A stretch of 64,000 bases of DNA from Eledone cirrhosa (Eukaryota), in NCBI GenBank assembly GCA_964016885.1, contig OZ024745.1, forward strand, positions 8,804,001 to 8,868,000, written 5' to 3'. The notes under the pieces are model-generated. The model had not been told where the DNA came from, made no database searches, and saw nothing but the letters and a program-made list of their open reading frames with translations. This document shows, piece after piece, positions 15,001 to 30,000 of the stretch (position 1 is its first letter; each line of letters begins with the position of its first letter). Position numbers and translations under genes: made by a program.

Positions 15001-18000
15001 AACACTAATGACTGGTGTGACAAAATTGCTTCCATGCAAATAGCCAGGATCAACACTAATGACTGGTGTGACAACATTGCTTCCATGTAAATAGCCAGGA
15101 CTAACACTAATGTGTGGTGTGACAACATTGCTTCCATGTAAATAGCCAGGAGTAACACTAATGACTGGTGTGACAACATTGCTTCCATGTAAATAGACAG
15201 GACTAACACTAATGACTATTGTGACAACATTGCATCCTTGTAAATAGCCAGGACTAACAGTAATGACTAGTGTGACAACATTGCTTCCATGTAAATAGCC
15301 AGGTCTAACACTAATGACTGGTGTGACAACATTGCTTCCTTGTAAATAGCCAGGACTAACACTAATGACTAGTGTGACAACATTGATTCCATGTAAATAG
15401 CCAGGACTAACACTAATGACTGGTGTGACAACATTGCTTCCATGTAAATAGCCAGGACTAACACTAATGACTGGTGTGACAACAGTGGTTCCTTGTAAAT
15501 AGCCAGGACTAACACTAATGACTAGTGTGACAACATTGCTTCCTTGTAAACAACCAGGACTAACACTAATGACAAGTGTGACAACATTGCTTCCATGTAA
15601 ATAGCCAGAACTAACACTAATGACTGGTGTGACAACAGTGGTTCCTCGTAGATAGCCAGGATCAACACTAATGACTGGTGTGACAACATTGCTTCCTTGT
15701 AAATAGCCAGGACTAACACTAATGACTAGTGTGACAACATTGCTTCCTTGTAAATAGCCAGGACTAATACTAATGACTGGTGTGACAACATTGCTTTCAT
15801 GTAAATAGCCAGGATCAACACTAATGACTGGTGTGACAACATTGCTTCCATGCAAATAGCCAGGATCAACACTAATGACTGGTGTGACAACATTGCTTCT
15901 TTGTAAATAGCCTGGACTAAAACTAATGACTAGTGTGACAACATTGCTTCCTTGTAAACAGCCAGGACTAACACTAATGACTAGTGTGACAACATTGTTT
16001 CCTTGTAAATAGCCAGGACTAACACTAATGACTGGTGTGACAACATTGCTTCCATCTAAATAGCCAGGACTAACACTAATGACTGGTGTGACAACATTTC
16101 TTCCATGAAAATAGCCAGGACTAACACTAATGACTAGTGTGACAACATTGCTTCCATGTAAATAGCCAGGTCTAACACTAATGACTGGTGTGACAACATT
16201 GCTTCCATGTAAATAGCCAGGACTAACACTAACGACTAGTGTGACCACATTGCGTCCATGTAAATAGCCAGGACTAACACTAATGACTGGTGTGACAACA
16301 TTGCTTCTATGTAAATAGCCAGGACTAACACTAATGACTGGTGTGACAACATTGTTTCCTTGTAAATAGCCAGTACTAACACTAATGACTGGTGTGACAA
16401 TATTGCTTCCTTGGAAATAGCCAGGACTAACACTAATAACTGGTGTGACAACATTGCTTTCTAGTAAATAGCCAGGACTAACACTAATGACTGGTGTACA
16501 ACATTGCTTGCATGTAAATAGCCAGGACTAACACTAATGAATAGTGTGACAACATTGCTTCCATGTAAATAGCCAGGACTAAAACTAATGACTGGTGTGA
16601 CAACATTGCTTCCATGTAAATAGCCAGGACTAACACTAATGACTGGTGTGACAACATTGCTTCCATGTAAATAGCCAGGACTAATACTAGTGACTGGTGT
16701 GACAACATTGCTTCCATGTAAATAGCCAGGACTAACACTAACGTCTGGTGTGACAACATTGCTTCCATCTAAATAGCCAGGACTAACACTAATGAGTGGT
16801 GTGACAACATTGTTTCTTTGTAAATAGCCAGGACTAACACTAATGACTAGTGTGACAACATTGCTTCCTTGTAAACAGCCAGGACTAACACTAATGACTA
16901 GTGTGACAACATTGTTTCCTTGTAAATAGCCAGGACTAACACTAATGACTGGTGTGACAAAATTGCTTCCATGCAAATAGCCAGGATCAACACTAATGAC
17001 TGGTGTGACAACATTGCTTCCATGTAAATAGACCGGACTAACACTAATGACTAGTGTGACAACATTGCATCCTTGTAAATAGCCAGGACTAACACTAATG
17101 ACTAGTGTGACAACATTGCTTCCATGTAAATAGCCAGGTCTAACACTAATGACTGGTGTGACAAGATTGCTTCCTTGTAAATAGCAAGGACTAACACTAA
17201 TGACTAGTGTGACAACATTGATTCCATGTAAATAGCCAGGACTAACACTAATGACTGGTGTGACAACATTGCTTCCATGTAAATAGCCAGGACTAAAACT
17301 AATGACTGGTGTGACAACAGTGGTTACTTGTAAATAGCCAGGATCAACACTAATGACTGGTGTGACAACATTGCTTCCATGTAAATAGCCAGGACTAACA
17401 CTAATGACTAGTGTGACAACATAGCTTCCATGTAAATAGCCAGGACTAACACTAATGACTGGTGTGACAACAGTGGTTCCTTGTAAATAGCCAGGATCAA
17501 CACTAATGACTGGTGTGACAACGTTGCTGCCTTGTAAATAGCCAGGACTAACACTAATGACTAGTGTGACAACATTGATTCCTTGCAAATAGCCAGGACT
17601 AACACTAATGACTGGTGTGACAACATTGCTTCCATGCAAATAGCCAGGATCAACACTAATGACTGGTGTGACAATATTGCTTCCTTGTAAATAGCCAGGA
17701 CTAACACTAATGACTAGTGTGACAACATTGCTTCCATGCAAATAGCCAGGACTAACACTAATGACTGGTGTGACAACAGTGGTTCCTTGTAAATAGCCAG
17801 GATCAACACTAATAACTAGTGTGACAACATTGATTCCTTGTAAATAGCCAGGACTAACACTAATGACTGGTGTGACAACATTGCTTCCATACAAATAGCC
17901 AGGATCAACACTAATGACTGGTGTGACAACATTGCTTCTTTGTAAATAGCCTGGACTAAAACTAATGACTGGTGTGACAATATTTCTTCCATGTAAATAG

Positions 18001-21000
18001 TCAGGACTAACACTAATGACTAGTGTGACAACATTGCTTTCTTGTAAACAGCCAGGACTAACACTAATGACTAGTGTGACAAAATTGTTTCCTTGTAAAT
18101 AGCCAGGACTAACACTAATGACTGGTATGACAACATTTCTTCCATGAAAATAGCCAGGACTAACACTAATGACTAGTGTGACAACATTGCTTCCATGTAA
18201 ATAGACAGGACTAACACTAATGACTAGTGTGACAACATTGCTTCCATGTAAATAGCCAGGTCTAAAACTAACGACTGGTGTGACCACATTGCTTCCATGT
18301 AAATAGCCAGGACTAACACTAATGACTGGTGTGACAACATTGCTTCCTTGTAAATAGCCAGGACTAACACTAATGACTGGTGTGACAACATTGCTTCTAT
18401 GTAAATAGCCAGGAATAACACTAATGACTGGTGTGACAACATTGCTTGTATGTAAATAGCCAGGAATAACACTAATGACTGGTGTGACAACATTGCTTCC
18501 ATGTAAATAGCCAGGACTAACGCTAATGTCTGGTGATACAACATTGCTTCTATGTAAATAGCCAGGACTAACACTAATGACTAGTGTGACAACATTGTTT
18601 CCTTGTAAATAGCCAGTACTAACACTATTGACTGGTGTGACAATATTGCTTCCTTGGAAATAGCCAGGACTAACACTAATAACTGGTGTGACAACATTGC
18701 TTTCTTGTAAATAGCCAGGACTAACACTAATGACTGGTATACAACATTGCTTCCATGCAAATAGCCAGGATCAACACTAATGACTGGTGTGACAACATTG
18801 CTTCTTTGTAAATAGCCTGGACTAAAACTAATGACTGGTGTGACAAAATTTCTTCCATGTATATAGTCAGGACTAACACTAGTGACTAGTGTGACAACAT
18901 TGCTTTCTTGTAAACAGCCAGGACTAACACTAATGACTAGTGTGACAACATTGTTTCCTTGTAAATAGCCAGGACTAACACTAATGACTGGTGTGACAAC
19001 ATTGCTTCCATGTAAATAGCCAGGACTAACACTAATGACTGGTGTGACAACATTTCTTCCATGAAAATAGCCAGGACTAACACTAATGACTAGTGTGACA
19101 ACATTGCTTCCATGTAAATAGCCAGGTCTAACACTAATGACTGGTGTGACAACATTGCTTCCATGTAAATAGCCAGGACTAACACTAACGACTGTTGTGA
19201 CCACATTGCGTCCATGTAAATAGCCAGGACTAACACTAATGACTGGTGTGACAACATTGCTTCCATGTAAATAGCCAGGACTAACGCTAATGTCTGGTGA
19301 TACATCATTGCTTCTATGTAAATAGCCAGGAGTAACACTAATGACTGGTGTGACAACATTGTTTCCTTGTAAATAGACAGTACTAACACTAATGACTGGT
19401 GTGACAATATTGCTTCCTTGGAAATAGCCAGGACTAACACTAATAACTAGTGTGACAACATTGCTTTCTAGTAAATAGCCAGGACTAAGACTAATGACTG
19501 GTGTACAACATTGCTTGCATGTAAATAGCCAGGACTAACACTAATGAATAGTGTGACAATATTGCTTCCTTGTAAATTGCCAGGACTAACACTAATGACT
19601 GGTCTGACAACATTGCTTCCATGTAAATAGCCAGGACTAAAACTAATGACTGGTGTGACAACATTGCTTCCATGTAAATAGCCAGGACTAACACTAATGA
19701 CTGGTGTGACAACATTGCTTACATGTAAATAGCCAGGGCTAATACTAGTGACTGGTGTGACAACATTGCTTCCATGTAAATAGCCAGGACTAACACTAAT
19801 GACTGGTGTGACAACATTGCTTCCATCTAAATAGCCAGGACTAACACTAATGAGTGGTGTGACAACATTGCTTCCATGTAAATAGCCAGGACTAACACTA
19901 ATGAGTGGTGTGACAACATTGTTCCTTTGTAAATAGCCAGGACTAACACTAATGACTAGTGTGACAACATTGCTTCCTTGTAAACAGCCAGGACTAACAC
20001 TAATGACTAGTGTGACAACATTGTTTCCTTGTAAATAGCCAGGACTAACACTAATGACTGGTGTGACAAAATTGCTTCCATGCAAATAGCCAGGATCAAC
20101 ACTAATGACTGGTGTGACAACATTGCTTCCATGTAAATAGCCAGGACTAACACTAATGAGTGGTGTGACAACATTGCTTCCATGTAAATAGCCAGGAGTA
20201 ACACTAATGACTGGTGTGACAACATTGCTTCCATGTAAATAGCCAGGACTAACACTAATGTCTAGTGTGACAACATTGATTCCTTGTAAATAGCCAGGAC
20301 TAACACTAATGACTAGTGTGACAACATTGCTTCCATGCAAATAGCCAGGATCAACACTAATGACTGGTGTGACAACATTGCTTCCTTGTAAATAGCCAGG
20401 ACTAACACTAATGACTAGTGTGACAACATTGCTTCCATGTAAATAGCCAGGACTAACACTAATGACTGGTGTGACAACAGTGGTTCCTTGTAAATAGCCA
20501 GGATCAACACTAATGACTAGTGTGACAACATTGATCCCTTGTAAATAGCCAGGACTAACACTAATGACTGGTGTGACAACATTGCTTCCATACAAATAGC
20601 CATGATCAACACTAATGACTGGTGTGACAACATTGCTTCTTTGTAAATAGCCTGGACTAAAACTAATGACTGGTGTGACAACATTTCTTCCATGTAAATA
20701 GTCAGGACTAACACTAATGACTAGTGTGACAACATTGCTTTCTTGTAAACAGCCAGGACTAACACTAATGACTAGTGTGACAACATTGTTTCCTTGTAAA
20801 TAGCCAGGACTAACACTAATGACTAGTGTGACAACATTGCTTCCATGTAAATAGCCAGGTCTAAAACTAACGACTGGTGTGACCACATTGCTTCCATGTA
20901 AATAGCCAGGACTAACACTAATGGCTGGTGTGACAACATTGCCTCCTTGTAAATAGCCAGGACTAACACTAATGACTGGTGTGACAACATTGCTTCTATG

Positions 21001-24000
21001 TAAATAGCCAGGACTAACACTAATGACTGGTGTGACAACATTGCTTCTATGTAAATAGCCAGGACTAACACTAATGACTGGTGTGACAACATTGCTTCCA
21101 TGTAAATAGCCAGGACTAACGCTAATGTCTGCTGATACAACATTGCTTCCATGTAAATAGTCAGGACTAACACTAATGACTGGTGTGACAACATTGCTTC
21201 CATGCAAATAGCCAGGACTAACACTAATGAGTGGTGTGACAACATTGCTTCCATGTAAATAGCCAGGAGTAACACTAATGACTAGTGTGACAACATTGAT
21301 TCCATGTAAATAGCCAGGACTAACACTAATGACTGGTGTGACAACATTGCTTCCATGTAAATAGCCAGGACTAAAACTAATGACTGGTGTGACAACAGTG
21401 GTTACTTGTAAATAGCCAGGATCAACTCTAATGACTGGTGTGACAACATTGCTTCCTTGTAAATTGCAAGGACTAACACTAATGACTAGTGTGACAACAT
21501 TGCTTCCTTGTAAATAGCCAGGACTAACACTAATGACTGGTGTGACAACATTGCTTCCATGTAAATAGTCAGGACTAACACTAATGACTGGTGTGACAAC
21601 ATTGCTTCCATGCAAATAGCCAGGATCAACACTAATGACTGGTGTGACAATATTGCTTCTTTGTAAATAGACAGGACTAAAACTAATGACTGGTGTGAGA
21701 ATAGTGGTCCCTTGTAAATAGCCAGGATCAACACTAATGACTGGTGTGACAACATAGCTTCCTTGTAAATAGCCAGGACTAACACTAATGGCTAGTGTGA
21801 CAACATTGCTTCCATGTAAATAGCCAGGACTAACACTAATGACTGGTGTGACAACATTGCTTCCATGCAAATAGTCAGGATCAACACTAATGACTGGTGT
21901 GACAACATTGCTTCTTTGTAAATAGCCTGGACTAAAACTAATGACTGGTGTGACAACATTGCTTCCATGTAAATAGTCAGGACTAACACTAATGACTAGT
22001 GTGACAACATTGCTTCCTTGTAAACAACCAGGACTAACACTAATGACTAGTGTGACAACATTGCTTCCATGTATATAGCCAGGACTAACACTAATGACTG
22101 GTGTGACAACAGTGGTTCCTTGTAAATAGCCAGGATCAACACTAATGACTGGTGTGACAACATTGCTTCCTTGTAAATAGCCAGGACTAACACTAATGAC
22201 TAGTGTGACAACATTGTTTCCTTGTAAATAGCCAGGACTAATACTAATGACTGGTGTGACAACATTGCTTCCATGTAAATAGCCAGGACTAACACTAATG
22301 ACTGGTGTGACAACATTGCTTCCATGCAAATAGCCAGGATCAACACTAATGACTGGTGTGACAACATTGCTTCTTTGTAAATAGCCTGGACTAAAACTAA
22401 TGACTGGTGTGACAACATTTCTTCCATGTAAATAGTCAGGACTAACACTAATGACTAGTGTGACAACATTGCTTTCTTGTAAACAGCCAGGACTAACACT
22501 AATGACTAGTGTGACAACATTGTTTCCTTGTAAATAGCCAGGACTAACACTAATGACTGGTGTGACAACATTTCTTCCATGAAAATAGCCAGGATCAACA
22601 CTAATGACTGGTGTGACAACATTGCTTCTATGTAAATAGCCAGGATCAACACTAATGACTGGTGTAACAACATTGCTTCTATGTAAATAGCCAGGACTAA
22701 CACTAATGACTGGTGTGACAAAATTACTTCTATGTAAATAGCCAGGACTAACGTTAATGTCTGGTGATACAACATTGCTTCCATGTAAATAGCCATGACT
22801 AACACTAATGACTGGTGTGACAACATTGCTTCCATGTAAATAGCCAGGACTAACACTAATGACTGGTGTGACAACATTGCTTCCATGTAAATAGCCAGGA
22901 CTAATACTAGTGACTGGTGTGACAACATTGCTTCCATGTAAATAGCCAGGACTAACACTACTGACTGGTGTGACAACATTGCTTCCATGTAAATAGCCAG
23001 GACTAACACTAACGACTAGTGTGACAACATTGTTTCCTTGTAAATAGCCAGGACTAACACTAATGACTGGTGTGACAACATTGCTTCCATGCAAATAGCC
23101 AGGATCAACACTAATGACTGGTGTGACAACATTGCTTCCATGTAAATAGCCAGGACTAACACTAATGAGTGGTGTGACAACATTGCTTCCATGTAAATAG
23201 CCAGGAGTAACACTAATGACTGGTGTGACAACATTGCTTCCATGTAAATAGCCAGGACTAACACTAATGACTAGTGTGACAACATTGCTTCCTTGTAAAT
23301 AGCCAGGACTAACACTAATGACTAGTGTGACAACATTGTTTCCTTGTAAATAGCCAGGACTAACACTAATGACTAGTGTGACAACATTGCTTCCATGTAA
23401 ATAGCCAGGTCTAACACTAATGACTGGTGTGACAACATTGCTTCCTTGTAAATAGCCAGGACTAACACTAATGACTAGTTTGACAACATTGATTCCATGT
23501 AAATAGCCAGGACTAACACTAATGACTGGTGTGACAACATTGCTTCCTTGTAAATAGCCAGAACTAATACTAATGACTAGTTTGACAACATTGATTCCAT
23601 GTAAATAGCCAGGACTAACACTAATGACTGGTGTGACAACATTGCTTCCTTGTAAATAGCCAGGACTAACACTAATGACTAGTTTGACAACATTGATTCC
23701 ATGTAAATAGCCAGGACTAACACTAATGACTGGTGTGACAACATTGCTTCCATGTAAATAGCCAGGACTAAAACTAATGACTGGTGTGACAACAGTGGTT
23801 ACTTGTAAATAGCCAGGATCAACACTAATGACTGGTGTGACAACATTGCTTCCTTGTAAATTGCCAGGACTAACACTAATGACTAGTGTGACAACATTGC
23901 TTCCTTGTAAATACCCAGGACTAACACTAATGACTGGTGTGACAACATTGCTTCCATGTAAATAGCCAGGACTAACACTAATGACTGGTGTGACAACATT

Positions 24001-27000
24001 GCTTCCATGCAAATAGCCAGGATCAACACTAATGACTGGTGTGACAATATTGCTTCTTTGTAAATAGCCAGGACTAAAACTAATGACTGGTGTGACAACA
24101 GTGGTTACTTGTAAATAGCCAGGATCAACACTAATGACTGGTGTGACAACATAGCTTCCTTGTAAATAGCCAGGACTAACACTAATAACTGGTGTGACAA
24201 CATTGTTTCCTAGTAAATAGCCAGGACTAATACTAATGACTGGTGTACAACATTGCTTGCATGTAAATAGCCAGGACTAACACTAATGACTGGTGTGACA
24301 ACATTGCTTCCATGTAAATAGCCAGGACTAATACTAGTGACTGGCGTGACAACATTGCTTCCATGTAAATAGCCAGGACTAACACTAATGAGTGGTGTGA
24401 CAACATTGTTTCTTTGTAATTAGCCAGGACTAACACTAATGACTAGTGTGACAACATTGCTTCCTTGTAAATAGCCAGGACTAACACTAATGACTAGTGT
24501 GACAACATTGTTTCATTGTAAATAGCCAGGACTAACACTAATGACTAGTGTGACAACGTTGCTTCCATGTAAATAGCCAGGTCTAACACTAATGACTGGT
24601 GTGACAACATTGCTTCCTTGTAAATAGCCAGGACAAACACTAATGACTAGTGTGGCAACATTGATTCCATGTAAATAGCCAGGACTAACACTAATGACTG
24701 GTGTGACAACATTGCTTCCATGTAAATAGCCAGGACTAAAGCTAATGACTGGTGTGACAACAGTGGTTACTTGTAAATAGCCAGGATCAACTCTAATGAC
24801 TGGTGTGACAACAATGCTTCCTTGTAAATTGCCAGGACTAACACTAATGACTAGTGTGACAACATTGCTTCCTTGTAAATAGTCAGGACTAATACTAATG
24901 ACTGGTGTGACAACATTGCTTCCTTGTAAATAGCCAGGACTAACACTAATGGCTAGTGTGACAACATTTCTTCCATGTAAATAGCCAGGACTAACACTAA
25001 TGACTGGTGTGACAACATTGCTTCCATGCAAATAGCCAGGATCAACACTAATGACTGGTGTGACAACATTGCTTCCATGCAAATAGCCAGGATCAACACT
25101 AATGACTGGTGTGACAACATTGCTTCTTTGTAAATAGCCTGGACTAAAAATATTGACTGGTGTGACAACATTTCTTCCATGTAAATAGACAGGACTAACA
25201 CTAATGACTAGTGTGACAACATTGTCTGCTTGTAAATAGCCAGGACTAACACTAATGACTGGTGTGACAACATTGCTTCCTTGTAAATAGCCAGGACTAA
25301 CACTAATGACTGGTGTGACAACATTGCTTCTATGTAAATAGCCAGGAATAACACTAATGACTGGTGTGACAACATTGCTTCTATGTAATTAGCCAGGACT
25401 AACACTAATGACTGGTGTGACAACATTGCTTCCATGTAAATAGCCAGGACTAACACTAATGACTAGTGTGACATCATTGCTTCCTTGTAAATAGCCAGGA
25501 CTAACACTAATGACTAGTGTGACAACATTGTTTCCTTGTAAATAGCCAGGACTAACACTAATGACTAGTGTGACAACATTGCTTCCATGTAAATAGGCAG
25601 GTGTAACACTAATGACCGGTGTGACAACATTGCTTCCTTGTAAATAGCCAGGACTAACACTAATGACAAGTGTGACAACATTGATTCCATGTAAATAGCC
25701 AGGACTAACACTAATGACTGGTGTGACAAAATTGCTTCCATGTAAATAGCCAGGACTAAAACAAATGACTGGTGTGACAACAGTGGTTACTTGTAAATAG
25801 CCAGGACTAACACTAATGACTGGTGTGACAACATTTCTTCCATGTAAATAGCCAGGACTAACACTAGTGACTGGTGTGTCAACATTGTTTCCTTGTAAAT
25901 AGCCAGGACTAACACTAATGACTAGTGTGACAACATTGCTTCCTTGTAAACAGCCAGAACTAACACTAATGACTGGTGTGACAAAATTGTTTCTTTGTAA
26001 ATAGCTAGGATCAACACCAATGACTGGTGTGTTAACATTGTTTCCTTTTAAATAGCCAGGAGTAACACTAATGACTGGTGTGACAACATTGCTTCCATGT
26101 AAATAGCTAGGATCAACACTAATGACTGGTGTGACAAAATTGTTTCTTTGTAAATAGCCAGGACTAACACTAATCACTAGTGTGACAACATTGTTTCCTT
26201 GTAAATAGCCAGGACTAAAACTAATGACTAGTGTGACAACATTGTTTCCTTGTAAATAGCCAGGACTAACACTAATGACTAGTCTGACAACATTGCTTCC
26301 ATGTAAATAGCCAGGATCAACACTAATGACTGGTGTGACAACATTGCTTCCTTGTAAATAGCCAGGACTAACACTAATGACTAGTGTGACAACATTGATT
26401 CCATGCAAATAGCCAGGACTAACACTAATAACTGGTGTGACAACATTGCTTCCTTGTAAATAGCCAGGACTAAAACTAATGACTGGTGTGACAACATTGC
26501 TTCCATGTAAATAGCCAGGAGTAACACTAATGACTGGTGTGACAACATTGCTTCCATGTAAATAGCCAGGACTAAAACTAATGACTGGTGTGACAACATT
26601 GCTTCCTTGTAAATAGCCAGGACTAACACTAATGACTAGTGTGACAACATTGATTCCGTGTAAATAGCCAGGAATAACACTAATGACTAGTGTGACAACA
26701 TTGCTTCCTTGTAAATAGCCAGGACTAACACTAATGACTGGTGTGACAACATTGCTTCCTTGTAAATAGCCAGGACTAACACTAATGACTAGTGTGACAA
26801 CACTGTTTCCATGTAAATAGCCAGGACTAACACTAATGACTGGTGTGACAACATTGCTTTCATGCAAATAGCCAGGTTCAACACTAATGACTGGTGTGAC
26901 AACATTGCTTCTTTGTAAATAGCCTGGACTAAAACTAGTGACTGGTGTGACAACATTGCTTCCATGTAAATAGCCAGGACTAACACTAATGACAGGTGTG

Positions 27001-30000
27001 ACAACATTGCTTCCATGTAAATAGCCAGGACTAACACTTATTACTGGTGTGACAACATTGCTTACATGTAAATAGCCAGGACTAACTCTAATGGCTAGTG
27101 TGACAACATTGCTTCCATGTAAATAGCCAGGACTAACACTAATGACTAGTGTGACAACATTGCTTCCATGTAAATAGCCAGGACTAACACTAATGACTGG
27201 TGTGACAACATTGCTTCCTTGTAAATAACCAGGACTAACACTAATGACTGGTGTGACAACATTGCGTCTATGTAAATAGCCAGGACTAACACTAATGACT
27301 GGTGTGACAACATTGCTTCTATGTAAATAGCCAGGACTAACGCTAATGTCTGGTGTGACAACATTGCTTCTATGTAAATAGCCAGGACTAACACTAATGA
27401 CTGGTGTGACAACATTGCTTCCATGTAAATAGCCAGGTCTAACACTAATGACTAGTGTGACAACATTGCTTCTATGTAAATAGCCATGACTAACACTAAT
27501 GACTAGTGTAACAACAATGTTTCCTTGTAAATAGCCAGTACTAAAACTAATGTCTAGTGTGACAACATTGTTTCCTTGTAAATAGCCAGTACTAACACTA
27601 ATGACTTGTGTGACAACATTGCTTCCATGTAAAGAGCCAGGACTAACACTAATGACTGGTGTGACAACATTGCTTCCATGTAAATAGCCAGGTCTAACAC
27701 TAATGACTGATGTGACAACATTGCTTCCATGTAAATAGCCAGGACTAACACTAATGACTGGTGTGACAAAATTGCTTCCATGTAAATAGCCAGGAGTAAC
27801 ACTAATGACTGGTGTGACAACATTGCTTCCATGTAAATAGCCAGGACTAACATTATTGAATAGTGTGACAATATTGCTTCCTTGTAAATTGCCAGGACTA
27901 ACACTAATGACTGGTCTGACAACATTGCTTCCATGCAAATAGCCAGGACTAACACTAATGACTGGTGTGACAACATTGCTTCCATGTAAATAGCCAGGAC
28001 TAACACTAATGACTGGTGTGACAACATTGCTTCCATGTAAATAGCCAGGACTAACACTAATGACTGGTGTGACAACATTGCTTCCATTTAAATAGCCAGG
28101 ACTAACACTAATGAGTGGTTTGACAACATTGCTTCCATGTAAATAGCCAGGAGTAACACTAATGACTGGTGTGACAAAATTTCTTCCATGTAAATAGCCA
28201 GGACTAACACTAATGACTGGTGTGTCAACATTGTTTCCTTGTAAATAGCCAGGACTAACACTAATGACTAGTGTGACAACATTGCTTCCTTGTAAACAGC
28301 CAGGACTAACACTAACGACTAGTGTGACAACATTGTTTCCTTGTAAATAGCCAGGACTAACACTAATGACTAGTGTGACAACATTGTTTCCTTGTAAATA
28401 GCCAGGACTAACACTAATGACTAGTCTGACAACATTGCTTCCATGTAAATAGCCAGGATCAACACTAATGACTGGTGTGACAACATTGCTTCCTTGTAAA
28501 TAGCCAGGACTAACACTAATGACTAGTGTGACAACATTGCTTCCTTGTAAACAGCCAGGACTAACACTAATGACTGGAGTGACAAAATTGTTTCTTTGTA
28601 AATAGCTAGGATCAACACCAATGACTGGTGTGTCAACATTGTTTCCTTTTAAATAGCCAGGAGTAACACTAATGACTGGTGTGACAACATTGCTTCCATG
28701 TAAATAGCTAGGATCAACACTAATGACTGGTGTGACAAAATTGTTTCTTTGTAAATAGCCAGGACTAACACTAATGACTAGTGTGACAACATTGCTTCCT
28801 TGTAAACAGCCAGGACTAACACTAATGACTAGTGTGACAACATTGTTTCCTTGTAAATAGCCAGGACTAACACTAATGACTAGTCTGACAACATTGCTTC
28901 CATGTAAATAGCCAGGATCAACATTAATGACTGGTGTGACAACATTGCTTCCTTGTAAATAGCCAGGACTAACACTAATGACTAGTGTGACAACACTGTT
29001 TCCATGTAAATAGCCAGGACTAACACTAATGACTAGTGTGACAACATTGTTTCCTTGTAAATAGCCAGGAATAACACTAATGACTGGTGTGACAACATTG
29101 CTTCCTTGTAAATAGCCAGGACTAACACTAATGACTGGTGTGACAACATTGCTTCCTTGTAAATAGCCAGGACTAACACTAATGACTAGTGTGACAACAC
29201 TGTTTCCATGTAAATAGCCAGGACTAACACTAATGACTGGTGTGACAACATTGCTTTCATGCAAATAGCCAGGTTCAACACTAATGACTGGTGTGACAAC
29301 ATTGCTTCTTTGTAAATAGCCTGGACTAAAACTAGTGACTGGTGTGACAACATTGCTTCCATGTAAATAGCCGGGACTAACACTAATGACAGGTGTGACA
29401 ACATTGCTTCCATGTAAATAGCCAGGACTAACACTTATTACTGGTGTGACAACATTGCTTACATGTAAATAGCCAGGACTCACTCTAATGACTAGTGTGA
29501 CAACATTGCTTCCATTGTAAATAGCCAGGACTAACACTAATGACTGGTGTGACAACATTGCTTCCTTGTAAATAGCCAGGACTAACACTAATGACTGGTG
29601 TGACAACATTGCTTCCTTGTAAATAACCAGGACTAACATTAATGACTGGTGTGACAACATTGCTTCCTTGTAAATAGCCAGGACTAACACTAATGACTGG
29701 TGTGACAACATTGCTTCCTTGTAAATAGCCAGGACTAACACTAATGACTGGTGTGACAACATTGCTTCCTTGTAAATAGCCAGAACTAACACTAATGACT
29801 GGTGTGACAACATTGCTTCCATGTAAATAGCCAGGACTAACACTAATGACTGGTGTGACAACATTGCTTCCATGTAAATAGCCAGGACTAACACTAATGA
29901 CTGGTGTGACAACATTGCTTCCTTGTAAATAGCCAGGACTAACACTAATGACTAGTGTGACAACATTGCCTCCATGTAAATAGCCAGGACTAACACTAAT

